DNA of 64,000 nucleotides from positions 128,001-192,000 of the forward strand of contig JBALDB010000056.1 in assembly GCA_036918135.1 (NCBI GenBank), read 5' to 3'. A model generated the notes under the pieces. That model saw only the letters and a list, made by a program, of their open reading frames with translations, did no database searches and was not told where the DNA came from. Every line of letters starts with the position of its first letter. Position 1 is the first letter of the stretch. The DNA is from Nostoc sp. Lineage in GTDB: Bacteria > Cyanobacteriota > Cyanobacteriia > Cyanobacteriales > Nostocaceae. Shown in pieces: positions 1 to 11,461 of this stretch. The translations under genes and the position numbers were made by a program.

Positions 1-1
1 G

Positions 2-298
2 GGTTTGGGCTACTTTAAGAAGTATATAGAGCCAACACCTGTGCTGTTGCCGATCGCAATTCTTGAAGATTTTACTAAGCCCCTCTCCCTAAGCTTCCGT
101 CTTTTTGGCAATATACTGGCGGATGAATTGGTAGTAGCGGTGCTAGTCCTGCTAGTTCCTTTATTTATACCTCTGCCTGTAATGGCCTTGGGTTTGTTTA
201 CCAGTGCCATTCAAGCCCTGGTTTTTGCTACCCTAGCCGGAGCATACATTCATGAGGCAATGGAGGGACACGGTGGAGAAGAGCATGAGGAGCATTAA
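2..298 (+). CDS. atpB: ATP synthase F0 subunit a, 3' part (5'-truncated by window; cyanobacterial atpI)
   Basis: [17 protein letters not shown] and [10 protein letters not shown] motifs; first gene of the visible atp cluster. Confidence 0.97.
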   Translation, partial: GLGYFKKYIEPTPVLLPIAILEDFTKPLSLSFRLFGNILADELVVAVLVLLVPLFIPLPVMALGLFTSAIQALVFATLAGAYIHEAMEGHGGEEHEEH

Positions 299-488
299 AT
301 TCAGTCAACAGCGAACAGTTAACAGTTATTGAGCGTGCGGCAAAACTGACGAATGATAACTGATAACTGATAACTGTTAAGCTTCTCAGTTGATAGCACA
401 GTTCCAAGAGCGGTATGCGCTCAAAATGTCGCCAAGCGCGATTTGTGAGAACTCGGTGCAGCGTGAAAAACACGTTTCTAGTAGTTAA

Positions 489-779
<291 letters not shown>

Positions 780-854
780 AACCTCAGAAGTTTTTGTGAG
801 TGTGGAGACGTGAACCATCACGCCTCTACAATCTAGGAGATTTTGGGCATTAAC

Positions 855-1016
855 AATTTTAGATTTGGAATTTTGGATTTTGGATTATCAACAGTTTTTG
901 GTACATACGCCGAAACTGATAGGTAGAAAAAATTTCAAATTATCAATCTAAAATACCCACAACGTACCCTTGGGTTGGTGTTCATCTAAAATCCTCGCTC
1001 TAAAATCCAAAATCCC
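855..1016. repeat. Heptamer STRR-type repeats (ATTTTGG/CCAAAAT) in inverted arrangement
   Basis: ttttagatttggaattttggattttggatt ... ctaaaatccaaaatcc. Confidence 0.6.
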
Positions 1017-1108
1017 TTGACCCTTCTTGGCTATGGGTCTCTAAAATATCAAAGGTTGGATGATTTTGCTAGCCATGAAAACTGCTACTCCAGCCAAAGA
1101 GGAGAGAA

Positions 1109-1537
1109 ATGTTTGATTTCGATGCTACCTTGCCCTTCATGGCATTGCAGTTCCTGCTATTGGCAGCTTTGTTGAATGTAATTTTCTATAAACCACTCAC
1201 CAAGGTACTAGACGATCGCGATAATTACATCCGAACGAATACCCTTGAGGCAAAGGAAAGCTTAGCGAAAGCTGAGCGGTTAGCCGCCGAATATGAACAG
1301 CAGCTCGCAGACGCTCGCAGACAATCGCAAGCTACTGTAGAAGCAGCTCAAGTAGAAGCGAAGAAAATTACTGCCGAAAAAATCGCTGAGGCGCAAAAAG
1401 AAGCTCAGTCTCAACGAGAACAAGCTGCTGTTGAAATAGAACAACAAAAGCAGGAAGCTTTACGTACCTTAGAGCAACAAGTTGATGGTCTAAGCAGGCA
1501 GATTCTAGAAAAATTATTAGGACCAACTCCAGTTTAG
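1109..1537 (+). CDS. atpF2: ATP synthase F0 subunit b' (cyanobacterial atpG)
   Basis: [10 protein letters not shown]-terminus, FYKPL, coiled coil; GGAGAG RBS. Confidence 0.95.
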   Translation: MFDFDATLPFMALQFLLLAALLNVIFYKPLTKVLDDRDNYIRTNTLEAKESLAKAERLAAEYEQQLADARRQSQATVEAAQVEAKKITAEKIAEAQKEAQSQREQAAVEIEQQKQEALRTLEQQVDGLSRQILEKLLGPTPV

Positions 1538-1856
1538 ATTATCTGACAAGATTGGTTCTGTAAAAGCATACGCGCAACTGGCCCCAAATCCAGAGCGCTT
1601 TATTAAGTGTCAAAAAAAGGGTAAGAATTCAGCACCCGGGAGTCAGAAGTTAAAATTGCTCAGGAATGTAGTTATGGTTGGTATATTTATTTATCATATA
1701 TTCTCCTGCCTTAACTGTTTTGACTCCTGAATTCTGTCAAAAAAAGGCACTTTTTTTCCTTGGGGATAAAGATACTAGATTTCCCTTGGGATTAAAGATA
1801 CCGGATTTACCTTTGGGAAAATAGAACGTATTAGCAAGCGAGCAGCGCACTTGTAG

Positions 1857-2429
1857 ATGGGTATCATGGGCACATTCTTTTTACTTGCCGCAGAAGCGCA
1901 CGCTGTTCACTCTGAAATGGCAGAAGGCGCAGCAGAGGGTGGTTTTGGTCTAAATCTAGACATTTTAGAAACCAATCTCATCAATCTAGCGATTTTGGTT
2001 GGCATATTATTCTACTTCGGACGTAAAGTTTTAAGCAATATCCTGAACGAGCGACAATCCAATATTGCCACCGCCATTCAGGAAGCAGAAGGGCGCTTAA
2101 AAGAGGCAAAGATTGCCCTATCCCAAGCGCAAGAGCAGTTAACCAAAGCTCAAGCAGAGGCACAAAGCATCCGGAAATCTGCCCAAGAAAATGCTCAAAA
2201 GGCGAAAGAAGCCTTATTAGCGAAGGCGGCGCAAGACGTAGAACGCTTGAAACAAACAGCCGCAGCAGATTTAAACACCGAACAAGAGCGAGCGATCGCC
2301 CAACTGCGGCAACGGGTAGCTACACTAGCATTACAAAGAGTCGAGTCGCAACTCAAAGGCGGAATTGCTGACGATGCTCAACAAAGTTTAATTGACCGCA
2401 GCATCGCACAACTCGGAGGTAGCGTATGA
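1857..2429 (+). CDS. atpF: ATP synthase F0 subunit b
   Basis: [16 protein letters not shown] motif and coiled coil; 4-nt overlap with delta. Confidence 0.95.
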   Translation: MGIMGTFFLLAAEAHAVHSEMAEGAAEGGFGLNLDILETNLINLAILVGILFYFGRKVLSNILNERQSNIATAIQEAEGRLKEAKIALSQAQEQLTKAQAEAQSIRKSAQENAQKAKEALLAKAAQDVERLKQTAAADLNTEQERAIAQLRQRVATLALQRVESQLKGGIADDAQQSLIDRSIAQLGGSV

Positions 2430-2980
2430 CAAGTCAAGTAGCGACAATCGAAATAGCCCAGCCATACGCACAAGCACTTTTGTCAATAGCGCAATCAAAA
2501 AATTTGACAGAAGAGTTCGGAGAAGATGCGCGTACTCTCGTGAGCCTGCTCTCCACAAACAAAGAGCTAGAAAACTTTTTGGGCAACCCATTTATTCAGC
2601 CTGAGAACAAAAAATCTCTGATCAGACAAATAGTCGGTGAAAGCGCTAATCCCTACTTACGCAATTTTTTGCTGGTATTGGTAGATAAGCGGCGTATTGC
2701 CTTCTTAGAACCGATTTTACAACAATATCTGGCGCTGTTGCGGCAGCTGAACCAAACCGTATTAGCGGAAGTAACTTCAGCCGTTCCCCTCACAAAAGCT
2801 CAACAGCAAGCAATTACAGAAAAGGTGATTGCCATCACTAATGCTCGTCAGGTAGAACTAGAAACAAAAGTTGATGGCGAATTGATTGGTGGTGTAATTA
2901 TTAAAGTCGGCTCCCAAGTAATTGACGCCAGTATTCGGGGTCAGCTGCGCCGCCTTTCATTGCGCTTAACTAGTAGCTAG
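2426..2980 (+). CDS. atpH: ATP synthase F1 subunit delta (cyanobacterial atpD)
   Basis: [25 protein letters not shown]. Confidence 0.96.
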   Translation: MTSQVATIEIAQPYAQALLSIAQSKNLTEEFGEDARTLVSLLSTNKELENFLGNPFIQPENKKSLIRQIVGESANPYLRNFLLVLVDKRRIAFLEPILQQYLALLRQLNQTVLAEVTSAVPLTKAQQQAITEKVIAITNARQVELETKVDGELIGGVIIKVGSQVIDASIRGQLRRLSLRLTSS

Positions 2981-3229
2981 AAAATTAAAAGTACAGACGC
3001 GATTAGTTGCGTCTGTACAACAGTTAGGAGTTGGGAGTAGAGACGCAATTAACGCAAGTCTTTCCAAGAGTTAGGAGTTAAGTAAACAGTAATTTATTTT
3101 GACTTTTAACTTTTATCTTTGCTTTTTTTACTCATCACTTCTGACTTGTGACTCTAAACTCATCGCTCCTAACTCTTAACTCCTAACTAAAATTACTTCT
3201 TCCGTCTCCAAACCAAAAAAGATAGACAC

Positions 3230-4750
3230 ATGAGCATATCAATTAGACCAGACGAAATCAGCAGCATTATTCAACAACAAATCGAGCAATACGACCAAGA
3301 AGTCAAAGTTGCTAACGTTGGTACTGTCCTGCAAGTTGGTGACGGTATTGCCCGGATTTATGGTCTGGAAAAGGCTATGGCTGGGGAACTCTTAGAATTT
3401 GAAGACGGTACAGTCGGTATCGCCCAGAACTTAGAAGAAGACAATGTGGGTGCGGTACTCATGGGTGAAGGTCTGGAAATTCAAGAAGGTAGCTCCGTAA
3501 CCGCTACTGGTAGAATCGCCCAGGTACCCGTAGGGGAAGCTTTAATTGGACGAGTTGTAGATGGCTTGGGTCGTGCTATTGACGGTAAGGGAGACATCAA
3601 AACCTCAGAAAGCCGTTTGATTGAATCTCCAGCACCTGGTATTATTGCCCGCAGGTCTGTACACGAACCCATGCAAACGGGTATCACAGCTATTGACTCA
3701 ATGATTCCCATCGGTCGCGGCCAGCGGGAATTGATTATTGGTGACCGTCAAACCGGCAAAACTGCGATCGCCATTGATACAATCATTAATCAAAAAGAAG
3801 AAGATGTAGTTTGCGTCTACGTTGCAGTTGGTCAAAAAGCTTCCACCGTCGCTAACGTGGTGCAGACACTACAAGAAAAAGGCGCGATGGATTACACCGT
3901 TGTCGTCACCGCTAATGCCAGTGACCCAGCTACCTTACAATACCTAGCTCCTTACACAGGCGCAACTATTGCTGAGTACTTCATGTACAAAGGCAAAGCT
4001 ACCTTAGTAATTTACGATGACCTCTCCAAGCAAGCCCAAGCCTATCGGCAAATGTCCCTGTTGCTACGTCGTCCACCCGGACGGGAAGCTTACCCTGGAG
4101 ATGTATTTTACATCCACTCCCGCTTGTTAGAAAGAGCAGCCAAGCTCAGCGATGAATTAGGTAAAGGCAGCATGACCGCCCTACCAATCATCGAAACCCA
4201 AGCTGGTGACGTTTCAGCATACATTCCTACCAATGTAATTTCAATTACCGACGGTCAGATATTCTTGTCTTCTGACTTGTTCAACGCTGGTATCCGTCCC
4301 GCTGTAAACCCAGGTATTTCGGTATCGCGTGTAGGTTCTGCGGCTCAAACCAAGGCAATGAAAAAAGTTGCCGGTAAAATTAAATTGGAACTGGCACAAT
4401 TCGACGACTTGCAAGCCTTCGCACAATTTGCTTCTGACTTAGATAAAGCCACTCAAGACCAATTAGCACGGGGTCAACGCTTGCGGGAATTGCTCAAGCA
4501 ACCCCAAAACGCTCCTCTGTCGGTATACGAGCAAGTAGCGATTCTCTATGCTGGTATCAACGGATATTTAGATGATGTACCTGTAGATAAAGTTACCAGC
4601 TTTACCCAAGGTCTCCGGGAGTACTTGAAGACAGGTAAGCCCCAGTACGCGCAAGCAGTACAAAGCAAGAAAGTACTGGATGCTGATGAAGAAGCAGCCT
4701 TGAAAGAAGCACTCACGGAATACAAAAAGACCTTCAAAGCAGCAGCGTAA
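3230..4750 (+). CDS. atpA: ATP synthase F1 subunit alpha
   Basis: GDRQTGKT Walker [14 protein letters not shown]. Confidence 0.99.
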   Translation: MSISIRPDEISSIIQQQIEQYDQEVKVANVGTVLQVGDGIARIYGLEKAMAGELLEFEDGTVGIAQNLEEDNVGAVLMGEGLEIQEGSSVTATGRIAQVPVGEALIGRVVDGLGRAIDGKGDIKTSESRLIESPAPGIIARRSVHEPMQTGITAIDSMIPIGRGQRELIIGDRQTGKTAIAIDTIINQKEEDVVCVYVAVGQKASTVANVVQTLQEKGAMDYTVVVTANASDPATLQYLAPYTGATIAEYFMYKGKATLVIYDDLSKQAQAYRQMSLLLRRPPGREAYPGDVFYIHSRLLERAAKLSDELGKGSMTALPIIETQAGDVSAYIPTNVISITDGQIFLSSDLFNAGIRPAVNPGISVSRVGSAAQTKAMKKVAGKIKLELAQFDDLQAFAQFASDLDKATQDQLARGQRLRELLKQPQNAPLSVYEQVAILYAGINGYLDDVPVDKVTSFTQGLREYLKTGKPQYAQAVQSKKVLDADEEAALKEALTEYKKTFKAAA

Positions 4751-5019
4751 TTAGTCATTAGTCATTAGTCATTAGTCATTGGTAAATACAGCAGAATTCA
4801 GAATTAGAATAGGCTCTCTATCTAGTTTTGACATCTAAATGGTGTACTTTACGTTTGTAATCCACTGTAACTAATGACTAGTGACAAAGCGCAAAGTCAG
4901 AGCGCCGACTTAGGGCACAGACGCTCAAAGGGCGGCAAAACAGAGATATCTGTTAGCGACTCTAGAGCGTCACTTTGCAACAAAGGACAAATGACAAATG
5001 ACTAAGGACTAAGAACAAA
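4751..5019. repeat. STRR heptamer tracts (TTAGTCA x4; ATGACAA/AGGACTA) flanking a hairpin-forming short repeat
   Basis: ttagtcattagtcattagtc... and ...ggacaaatgacaaatgactaaggactaa; gcaaagt...gacgctc/gagcgtc actttgc inverted arms. Confidence 0.65.
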
Positions 5020-5022
5020 AAT

Positions 5023-5970
5023 ATGGCCAATCTTAAAGCAATACGCGATCGCATTCAGTCGGTCAAAAACACCAAAAAAATCACAGAAGCCATGCGCCTA
5101 GTAGCGGCAGCTAGGGTGCGTCGGGCGCAAGAACAAGTGCTAGCAACTCGCCCCTTTGCCGACCGCTTGGCACAAGTGTTGTATGGTTTGCAAAGCCGTC
5201 TGCGGTTTGAAGAAGCAAACCTGCCACTGCTAAGAAAACGCCAAGTTAAGTCCGTGGCGCTTTTGGTTGTCTCTGGCGATCGGGGTCTATGCGGTGGTTA
5301 CAATACTAACGTTATTCGTCGTGCCGAAAACCGCGCCAAGGAACTCAAGGCAGAAGGTGTAAATTATACATACGTGCTTATTGGGCGCAAAGCTACACAG
5401 TACTTTCAACGCCGCAGTCAACCCATTGACGGCACATACAGCGGCTTAGAGCAAATTCCCACCGCAGCCGAAGCTACTGAAATTGCTGACCAACTACTTT
5501 CGTTGTTCCTTTCGGAAAAAGTAGACCGGGTTGAATTAATTTATACCAGGTTTGTCTCATTAGTTAGCTCGCGTCCTGTGGTGCAAACTCTGCTACCCCT
5601 AGATGCCCAAGGTTTAGAAGCAAGCGATGACGAAATCTTCCGCTTGACAACCCGTGGCGGTCAATTTCAAGTCGAACGCGAGAAAGTAACTAATCAAGTG
5701 CGGTCATTAGCTCCTGACATGATTTTCGAGCAAGATCCGCTACAGATTCTTGATTCTTTGTTGCCCCTATATCTGAGTAACCAGCTATTGCGGGCACTCC
5801 AAGAATCAGCGGCTAGCGAGTTAGCAGCCCGGATGACAGCTATGAGTAACGCCAGTGATAACGCTGGTGAATTGATTAACACGCTCACCCTGTCTTACAA
5901 CAAAGCCCGACAAGCGGCAATTACCCAAGAACTCCTTGAGGTTGTGGGTGGTGCCGAAGCATTAACTTAG
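5023..5970 (+). CDS. atpG: ATP synthase F1 subunit gamma (cyanobacterial atpC)
   Basis: [34 protein letters not shown]. Confidence 0.98.
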   Translation: MANLKAIRDRIQSVKNTKKITEAMRLVAAARVRRAQEQVLATRPFADRLAQVLYGLQSRLRFEEANLPLLRKRQVKSVALLVVSGDRGLCGGYNTNVIRRAENRAKELKAEGVNYTYVLIGRKATQYFQRRSQPIDGTYSGLEQIPTAAEATEIADQLLSLFLSEKVDRVELIYTRFVSLVSSRPVVQTLLPLDAQGLEASDDEIFRLTTRGGQFQVEREKVTNQVRSLAPDMIFEQDPLQILDSLLPLYLSNQLLRALQESAASELAARMTAMSNASDNAGELINTLTLSYNKARQAAITQELLEVVGGAEALT

Positions 5971-5995
5971 GGAATAGCCACTTGCTAGCCATCAC

Positions 5996-6042
5996 AAATA
6001 GCTAATTGCTGGGAGATTTAAAACTAGCGATTAGCTATTTTT
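5996..6042. terminator. Probable (bidirectional) terminator after the atp operon
   Basis: aaatagctaattgct...agcgattagctattttt inverted repeat with T-run, between convergent genes. Confidence 0.65.
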
Positions 6043-6137
6043 AATTTTGAGGTCAATCACAATAGTGGAATAAACTAACCGATTCGTATCATCAATTCGC
6101 CGCGACCAATAGCCAACTAATGTAATGATGACCGCCC

Positions 6138-6710
6138 CTAACTTCGTGACACAAAAAGACGTGCTACTTCACAGGCAAAGTTAGGCAGCAATGGCGATGT
6201 AATCACATCATCTACTAGCAATGTCGTAACCAGTTTTAATTGAGCATTGTCTCGTCGATAGACTTCAATTCTTTGAGCGATGCGATCGACAATCCAATAT
6301 TCCTTGACTCCTTGAACCGAATACAATTTCAACTTAGCTAATCGATCGCGGTCTTCATTGGCTTTTCCTTTTGACAGCACTTCCACCACCAGTTCCGGCG
6401 CTCCGTGAAAATGCCCCGCCTCATCTTGAATTTGAGCCAACCGTTTATAACTTACCCACACCACATCGGGAGCTACATTATCAGAGTCCGAAAAAATCAG
6501 TCCTGGCATAATGGAAGCTTCTCCTAAACCACTCTCCAAAGACCAATTATCTAAGACGGCAAAGATTCGACCTGTAGTCTGTTGATGTTTATGGTGGGGC
6601 GATCGCGTGACAAACAATTCTCCATCAATAATCTGATAACGAATCCATTCGTTATCAGGTAATGCTGCAATATCTTGAATTGTCCAGCGAATGCTTGTAG
6701 TCTGACTCAT
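6138..6710 (-). CDS. Uma2 family (DUF820) PD-(D/E)XK endonuclease-like protein
   Basis: VAPDVVW, APELVVEVLS, KLKLYSVQGVKEYWIVD. Confidence 0.9.
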   Translation of the reverse strand: MSQTTSIRWTIQDIAALPDNEWIRYQIIDGELFVTRSPHHKHQQTTGRIFAVLDNWSLESGLGEASIMPGLIFSDSDNVAPDVVWVSYKRLAQIQDEAGHFHGAPELVVEVLSKGKANEDRDRLAKLKLYSVQGVKEYWIVDRIAQRIEVYRRDNAQLKLVTTLLVDDVITSPLLPNFACEVARLFVSRS

Positions 6711-6801
6711 GACAATTAAGCCTGATTAATGAGAGTTTAATATTTCTTTGTCTTCTTGTGACACATTTCCTTAACAGTAAACTATAATATATATAGCGTA
6801 T

Positions 6802-7188
6802 GGGTCCGTCACGGTTTCGACAGGTTGGCGAACGCTGCTCTGTGATTCAGGTCGAGAGTGAGTCATCTCTCGGAAATCAAAGGCTCAAAACAAAAGTAAA
6901 TGCGAATAACATCGTAAAATTTGCTCGTCGGGAAGCTCTAGTAGCAGCCTAAAATACCTCTTACAGGTTCGAGCGTCTTTAGTTTGACTCCGTTAAGGAC
7001 TAGGGACAAACCCCAACGGATGCTCTAGCAAGCGTTCTCTGGTTGGCTTGCTGGCTAAGATTAAATCAGAGCATCCTACGTTCGGGATAATGAACGATTC
7101 CCGCCTTGAGGATCAAAAAGGCTAAACCTGTGAATGAGTGGGGGGTCAATACCCAATTTGGACAGCAGTTCGACTCTGCTCGGATCCA
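6802..7188 (+). ncRNA. ssrA: tmRNA; tag peptide ANNIVKFARREALVAA* at 6902-6952
   Basis: 5' GGGTCCG...GGTTTCGACAGG pairs with 3' CGGATCC-A; T-arm CAGCAGTTCGACTCTGCT; cyanobacterial-type tag ORF; TATAAT just upstream. Confidence 0.96.
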
Positions 7189-7205
7189 CTAAAGAACAAC
7201 TAACA

Positions 7206-7248
7206 AGTCCACCTGATAATTTGAGATCGAGGTGGATTTTGTTTTTTG
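7206..7248 (+). terminator. Probable ssrA terminator
   Basis: aagtccacct...aggtggattttgtttttt hairpin plus T-run. Confidence 0.55.
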
Positions 7249-7277
7249 TTGTCTTAATAGAACTAGAGATAAAAATT

Positions 7278-7664
7278 TCAAGTTGTTAACAAGCTAGGTG
7301 CTTTAATTCGCAATAAAGCACCTAGTCCCAAAAGTACCTGATTACAAACAGATTCAATTGCAGGGCGTTCTACATAAACGAAGTCCGGTTCTGGCAAACA
7401 GACAAACGGCTCTTGAATTTTAGTTTGACTGGGGCTGTCACTGTCGTCAAGAGCTGCGATCGCTTGCCAATCTTGTCCCAACTTGTGACAACTTTCTTGA
7501 AAATACCAAAAATCAACAGGTTTTTGATTGAGGAAGTTGCTAACTGTCGCTAGAGAACATCCTAATTCCTCAGCCAAATCTTTTTAACGTGGATAACCAT
7601 AACGCTTAGCAGCCGACTTGACTTTTTAGATACAATCTTTGCGAACTGTAACTGAGCGTGACAT
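7278..7664 (-). pseudogene. Pseudogene of an XRE-type HTH + AAA-like NTPase protein (N-terminal fragment only)
   Basis: MSRSVTVRKDCI*KVKSAAKRYGYPR*KDLAEELGCSLATVSNFL...YVERPAIE...LLRIKAP; in-frame TAA at 7626-7628 and 7584-7586; ends where the P-loop would begin. Confidence 0.75.
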
Positions 7665-7823
7665 TACTAGATATTGTGTGGGAAGATGTTCAGATTATAT
7701 AGTTTGCTCTCCACATTTTCTAAAAACTCAGTTATCAGTCAGTTATTTAAGCAATTTGCAGTTGAATCAAATAAATTAGCTTAGTACAAACAAAAGCAGT
7801 TTTAACTACTCTGCTTCTAGACA

Positions 7824-8258
7824 TTATACGGCTACATTTCCAAACTTACTTTGCCTTTTTTTGAGTACCCGTCTTAGTCGATCTGCACTCAAATTTACCT
7901 GACGTTCAGATGCCAGTTTATTTGCGAGTTCTTTATAATTATAAGCCTTTGGCTGTTGAGATAAGCACTTTTCTAAATAAATCAAATCTAATTCCGAATA
8001 TCGAGGTTTTCCTCCTCGACCAGCAGCATCCCATAAGCCTACTAACCCTAACTTTTCCCAACGATGAAGGGTTTGACGTACTGTTGAAATAGCCCAATTC
8101 AAGCCTTTAGCAATTTGCTCATTTTTTAAGCCACGAGCATTCAACAGTAAAACTTGGGCACGATCCTTTGTACGTTGAGGAACATCTTTGGCTTTTCTTA
8201 ACTCTTCTAGAGTCAGCTTTTCTTCTTCAGTTAGAAAAACTTTCAATCGGCATCCCAT
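7824..8258 (-). CDS. Stand-alone helix-turn-helix protein resembling IS630-family transposase ORF-A (no DDE domain)
   Basis: RTKDRAQVLLLNARG...TVRQTLHRW...GLVGLWDAAGRGGKP...LSADRLRRVLKK. Confidence 0.7.
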   Translation of the reverse strand: MGCRLKVFLTEEEKLTLEELRKAKDVPQRTKDRAQVLLLNARGLKNEQIAKGLNWAISTVRQTLHRWEKLGLVGLWDAAGRGGKPRYSELDLIYLEKCLSQQPKAYNYKELANKLASERQVNLSADRLRRVLKKRQSKFGNVAV

Positions 8259-8926
8259 AAATAATAACCTTTGATACAGTCAACTTTTAGCACTTTTATA
8301 TCTATATCAGACCTCTATATTTACTACGGACACATCTAAATAATACGCTACTAAACAAATAATAAGTATTAGCAATGCCAGAGTTTAGTCTGATGTCTAC
8401 GACGCACAAAATATTTGGCTTGATAATATTTTCAAGTTTGGGAAATTATCATAGTCAATCAACTTTTAGAAAAATTTAGACGCATTAAAAAGTACAGCTT
8501 TAGTCTGTATAGGTATGCTTATTGAAGCATAGGCAGAGACCGTAGCTAATAGCTATGAGGATAATAGTTTGTTGGTGTTATCCTGATTACTGCCTAAAGT
8601 CGATCGTAAAAAAACTCTATCATTAAACTTAATTCCATTTATCGTATTTCTACCGACATTTATCGAAACTTTAAAAACGATTTTTCTCCGATTTTAGACT
8701 GGGATGAGCAAAAAAAGATATACAAGCCCAGTTTTTGATTTAACTCCTGTAACAAGATTAGCTTTGACTGTTTACTAAAAAATATCTGTTATCTCTACTT
8801 TACATAAAATTTATATTTTATGTAATAAGGTTGTTGGTTGAGACAACAATACATTTAATATCTATTGGGGTAAATACTAGTAACTGCTTATCTTTTGACA
8901 ATTCTTAAAAATCTGCAATCAAATTA

Positions 8927-8988
8927 TCTTACTTTTCATACCTTTCATACCTTTCTTACTTTTCATACCTTTCTTACTTTTCTTACTT
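8927..8988. repeat. 9-bp tandem repeat TC(A/T)TAC(C/T)TT, about 7 copies
   Basis: tcttacttt tcatacctt tcatacctt tcttacttt tcatacctt tcttacttt tcttactt. Confidence 0.85.
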
Positions 8989-9565
8989 AGTTATAAGAGA
9001 AGGGAAGATTTGGTTTTGGCAGATTGGTATTTAGATCTGGCTAAGGTTATACAAACCAAGTCCGCCTAGCTTACAGGAACGTCAACGTTAAATGCAGACT
9101 TGATGTAATTTATCTAGCTAGGATTTAATTTTAGTATTTCTTCTCAACTAATATGCTCCTTAATATATCACCTAAAAACTAATCATTTAAAATTCATGCT
9201 CGCTTAAGGAGTTGCGTATAAATCAAGGATTTATTTGTCAATTATGGTATGTATTAATTATTTATACATTTTTTTATATTTGAAATAATTTGGAATCTTT
9301 AAAAATTTTATAGTCAAAAAATCTCAGTGACATGATATTTTGTAATTATCATATAGTTGAGAAATAGCAAAATTATATACTCAGTAGATAATTAGAGATA
9401 AATTAGTATTTGGTAGATTTTTGGAGTTAAATTTTTAGCAAATAAATAGCAATAATTAATACAAGTTAAAAAAATCGAAAACTAATATTCATTACAACTT
9501 TAAAAAAATTTTCTAGGGATAATGGGGATAGAAAAAATCTGAAAATTTGCGCTCGGAGACGGATA

Positions 9566-11284
9566 ATGGTAGCGATCGCAGAGAACGTTCAACATCGGCT
9601 AACTATACAAACTGTAGAAATTGCCCCGAATACAACGGCGATTCGCTCTCTTGATTGGGACCGCGATCGCTTCGATATCGAATTCGGATTGCAAAATGGT
9701 ACAACCTACAATTCATATCTAATTAGGGGCGAACAAACAGTTTTGATTGATACTTCTCACCAGAAGTTTCGCGATCTGTATTTAGAGACTTTAAAAGGTC
9801 TTGTCAACCCCAAAACAATTGATTACATAATTGTCAGCCATACAGAGCCAGACCATAGCGGCTTAGTAGAAGATGTGCTTCAGTTAGCACCCAGAGCTAC
9901 TGTGCTAGCTTCCAAAGTTGCATTGCAATTTTTGGAAGGCCTAGTACACGATCCGTTTAGTAAGCGGGTTGTGAAAACAGGCGATCGCATAGATATCGGC
10001 AAAGGACACGAAATTGAATTCGTGAGTGCGCCTAACCTACACTGGCCGGACACAATCTTTAGTTTTGACCGCAAAACCCAAACCATCTACACCTGTGATG
10101 CATTTGGGATGCACTTTTGTGACGATCGCACCTTCGACGAAGATTTAGAAGCGATCGAAGCTGACTTTAGATTTTACTACGACTGCTTAATGGGCCCTAA
10201 CGCTCGTTCTCTGCTGAATGCCATGAAGAGAATGGGTGAATTAGGGAAAATTAATATTATCGCCAACGGTCACGGGCCTTTATTACACCACCATTTAGAT
10301 GTTCTAACTGGATGCTACGAAACTTGGAGCCACAGACAAACCAAAGCAGAAACAACAGTTGGCTTGTTCTTTGTCTCAGGTTACGGATATGGCGATCGAC
10401 TTGGTCATGCAATTGCTGAAGGAATCCAGAAAACAGGCGTTGGGGTGGAAGTCCTGGATCTAAATACTGCCCAAAGCCAAGAAATCCAAGAATTAGCTGG
10501 TAGAGCAGCTGGCATCATTATTGGTATGCCACCCAGCACCGGCGCCGCCGCCCAAGCCAGTATCAGTTCCCTGCTAGCTGTAGCCAAGAATAAGCAAGTA
10601 GTTGGGCTGTTTGAATGCTATGGCGGAGATGATGAACCCGTTGATACACTCCGAAGAAAATTTATTGACCTGGGTGTGAAAGAAGCCTTCCCTGCGATTC
10701 GGATTAAAGAAGCTCCCACAGCATCCACATTCCAATTGTGTCAAGAAGCAGGTACAGACTTGGGACAATTGCTGGTGCGCGATCGCAACATCAAGCAAAT
10801 CAAATCCCTTGATGTCAACATGGAAAAGGCGCTGGGTCGGATTAGCAGCGGACTTTATATCATTACAACCAAAAAAGGTGATGTCAGCAGTGCCATGCTA
10901 GCCTCTTGGGTATCACAAGCAAGCTTGCAACCATTAGGATTCACAATCGCCATTGCCAAAGACCGCGCCATTGATTCCTTAATGCAAGTAGGCGATCGCT
11001 TCGTCCTTAACGTACTGGAAGAAGGCAATTATCAAGAACTCAAGAAGCACTTTCTCAAGCGCTTACTTCCCGGTGCTGACCGATTTTCGGGAGTGAAAAC
11101 TCAAACCGCCAAAAACGGCTCCCCGATTCTGACTGATGCCCTAGCATACATGGAATGTGAAGTACAAAGCAGCATGGAGTGCAGCGACCACTGGATTTTA
11201 TACTGCACCGTCACTGAAGGTCGTGTCTCCAAAGTAGATGGACTAACCGCCATTCGCCATCGCAAAGTTGGAAATTACTACTAG
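9566..11284 (+). CDS. flv3B: Flavodiiron protein, Flv3 type (probably heterocyst Flv3B)
   Basis: RSLDWDRDRFDIEFGLQNGTTYNS, SHTEPDH, HWPD iron ligands; flavodoxin and flavin reductase domains; directly upstream of an Flv1 paralog. Confidence 0.85.
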   Translation: MVAIAENVQHRLTIQTVEIAPNTTAIRSLDWDRDRFDIEFGLQNGTTYNSYLIRGEQTVLIDTSHQKFRDLYLETLKGLVNPKTIDYIIVSHTEPDHSGLVEDVLQLAPRATVLASKVALQFLEGLVHDPFSKRVVKTGDRIDIGKGHEIEFVSAPNLHWPDTIFSFDRKTQTIYTCDAFGMHFCDDRTFDEDLEAIEADFRFYYDCLMGPNARSLLNAMKRMGELGKINIIANGHGPLLHHHLDVLTGCYETWSHRQTKAETTVGLFFVSGYGYGDRLGHAIAEGIQKTGVGVEVLDLNTAQSQEIQELAGRAAGIIIGMPPSTGAAAQASISSLLAVAKNKQVVGLFECYGGDDEPVDTLRRKFIDLGVKEAFPAIRIKEAPTASTFQLCQEAGTDLGQLLVRDRNIKQIKSLDVNMEKALGRISSGLYIITTKKGDVSSAMLASWVSQASLQPLGFTIAIAKDRAIDSLMQVGDRFVLNVLEEGNYQELKKHFLKRLLPGADRFSGVKTQTAKNGSPILTDALAYMECEVQSSMECSDHWILYCTVTEGRVSKVDGLTAIRHRKVGNYY

Positions 11285-11291
11285 GAATTAG

Positions 11292-11450
11292 GTATGGGGA
11301 GATGGGGAAGTGTGGGGAGTGTGGGGAGAGAGGGGGGAAAGATTTCTTCCCCATCCTCCCACATCTCCCACACCTCCCACACTCCCTATCTTCCCACTAC
11401 CCCACCACCCCATACTCCCAATGCCCAATTCCCAATTCCCAATTCCCCAA
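11292..11450. repeat. G-rich/C-rich inverted 9-mer repeat element plus CCCAATT heptamers
   Basis: gtgtggggagtgtggggag...ggggggaaagatttcttcccc...ctccccacacctcccacac. Confidence 0.7.
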
Positions 11451-11461
11451 ATTAAACACCT

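Noticed and set aside
6802..7188. tRNA gene
   Set aside because: The tRNA-like ends belong to tmRNA, with an internal tag ORF
7824..8258. Intact IS630 element
   Set aside because: No DDE ORF or terminal inverted repeats found
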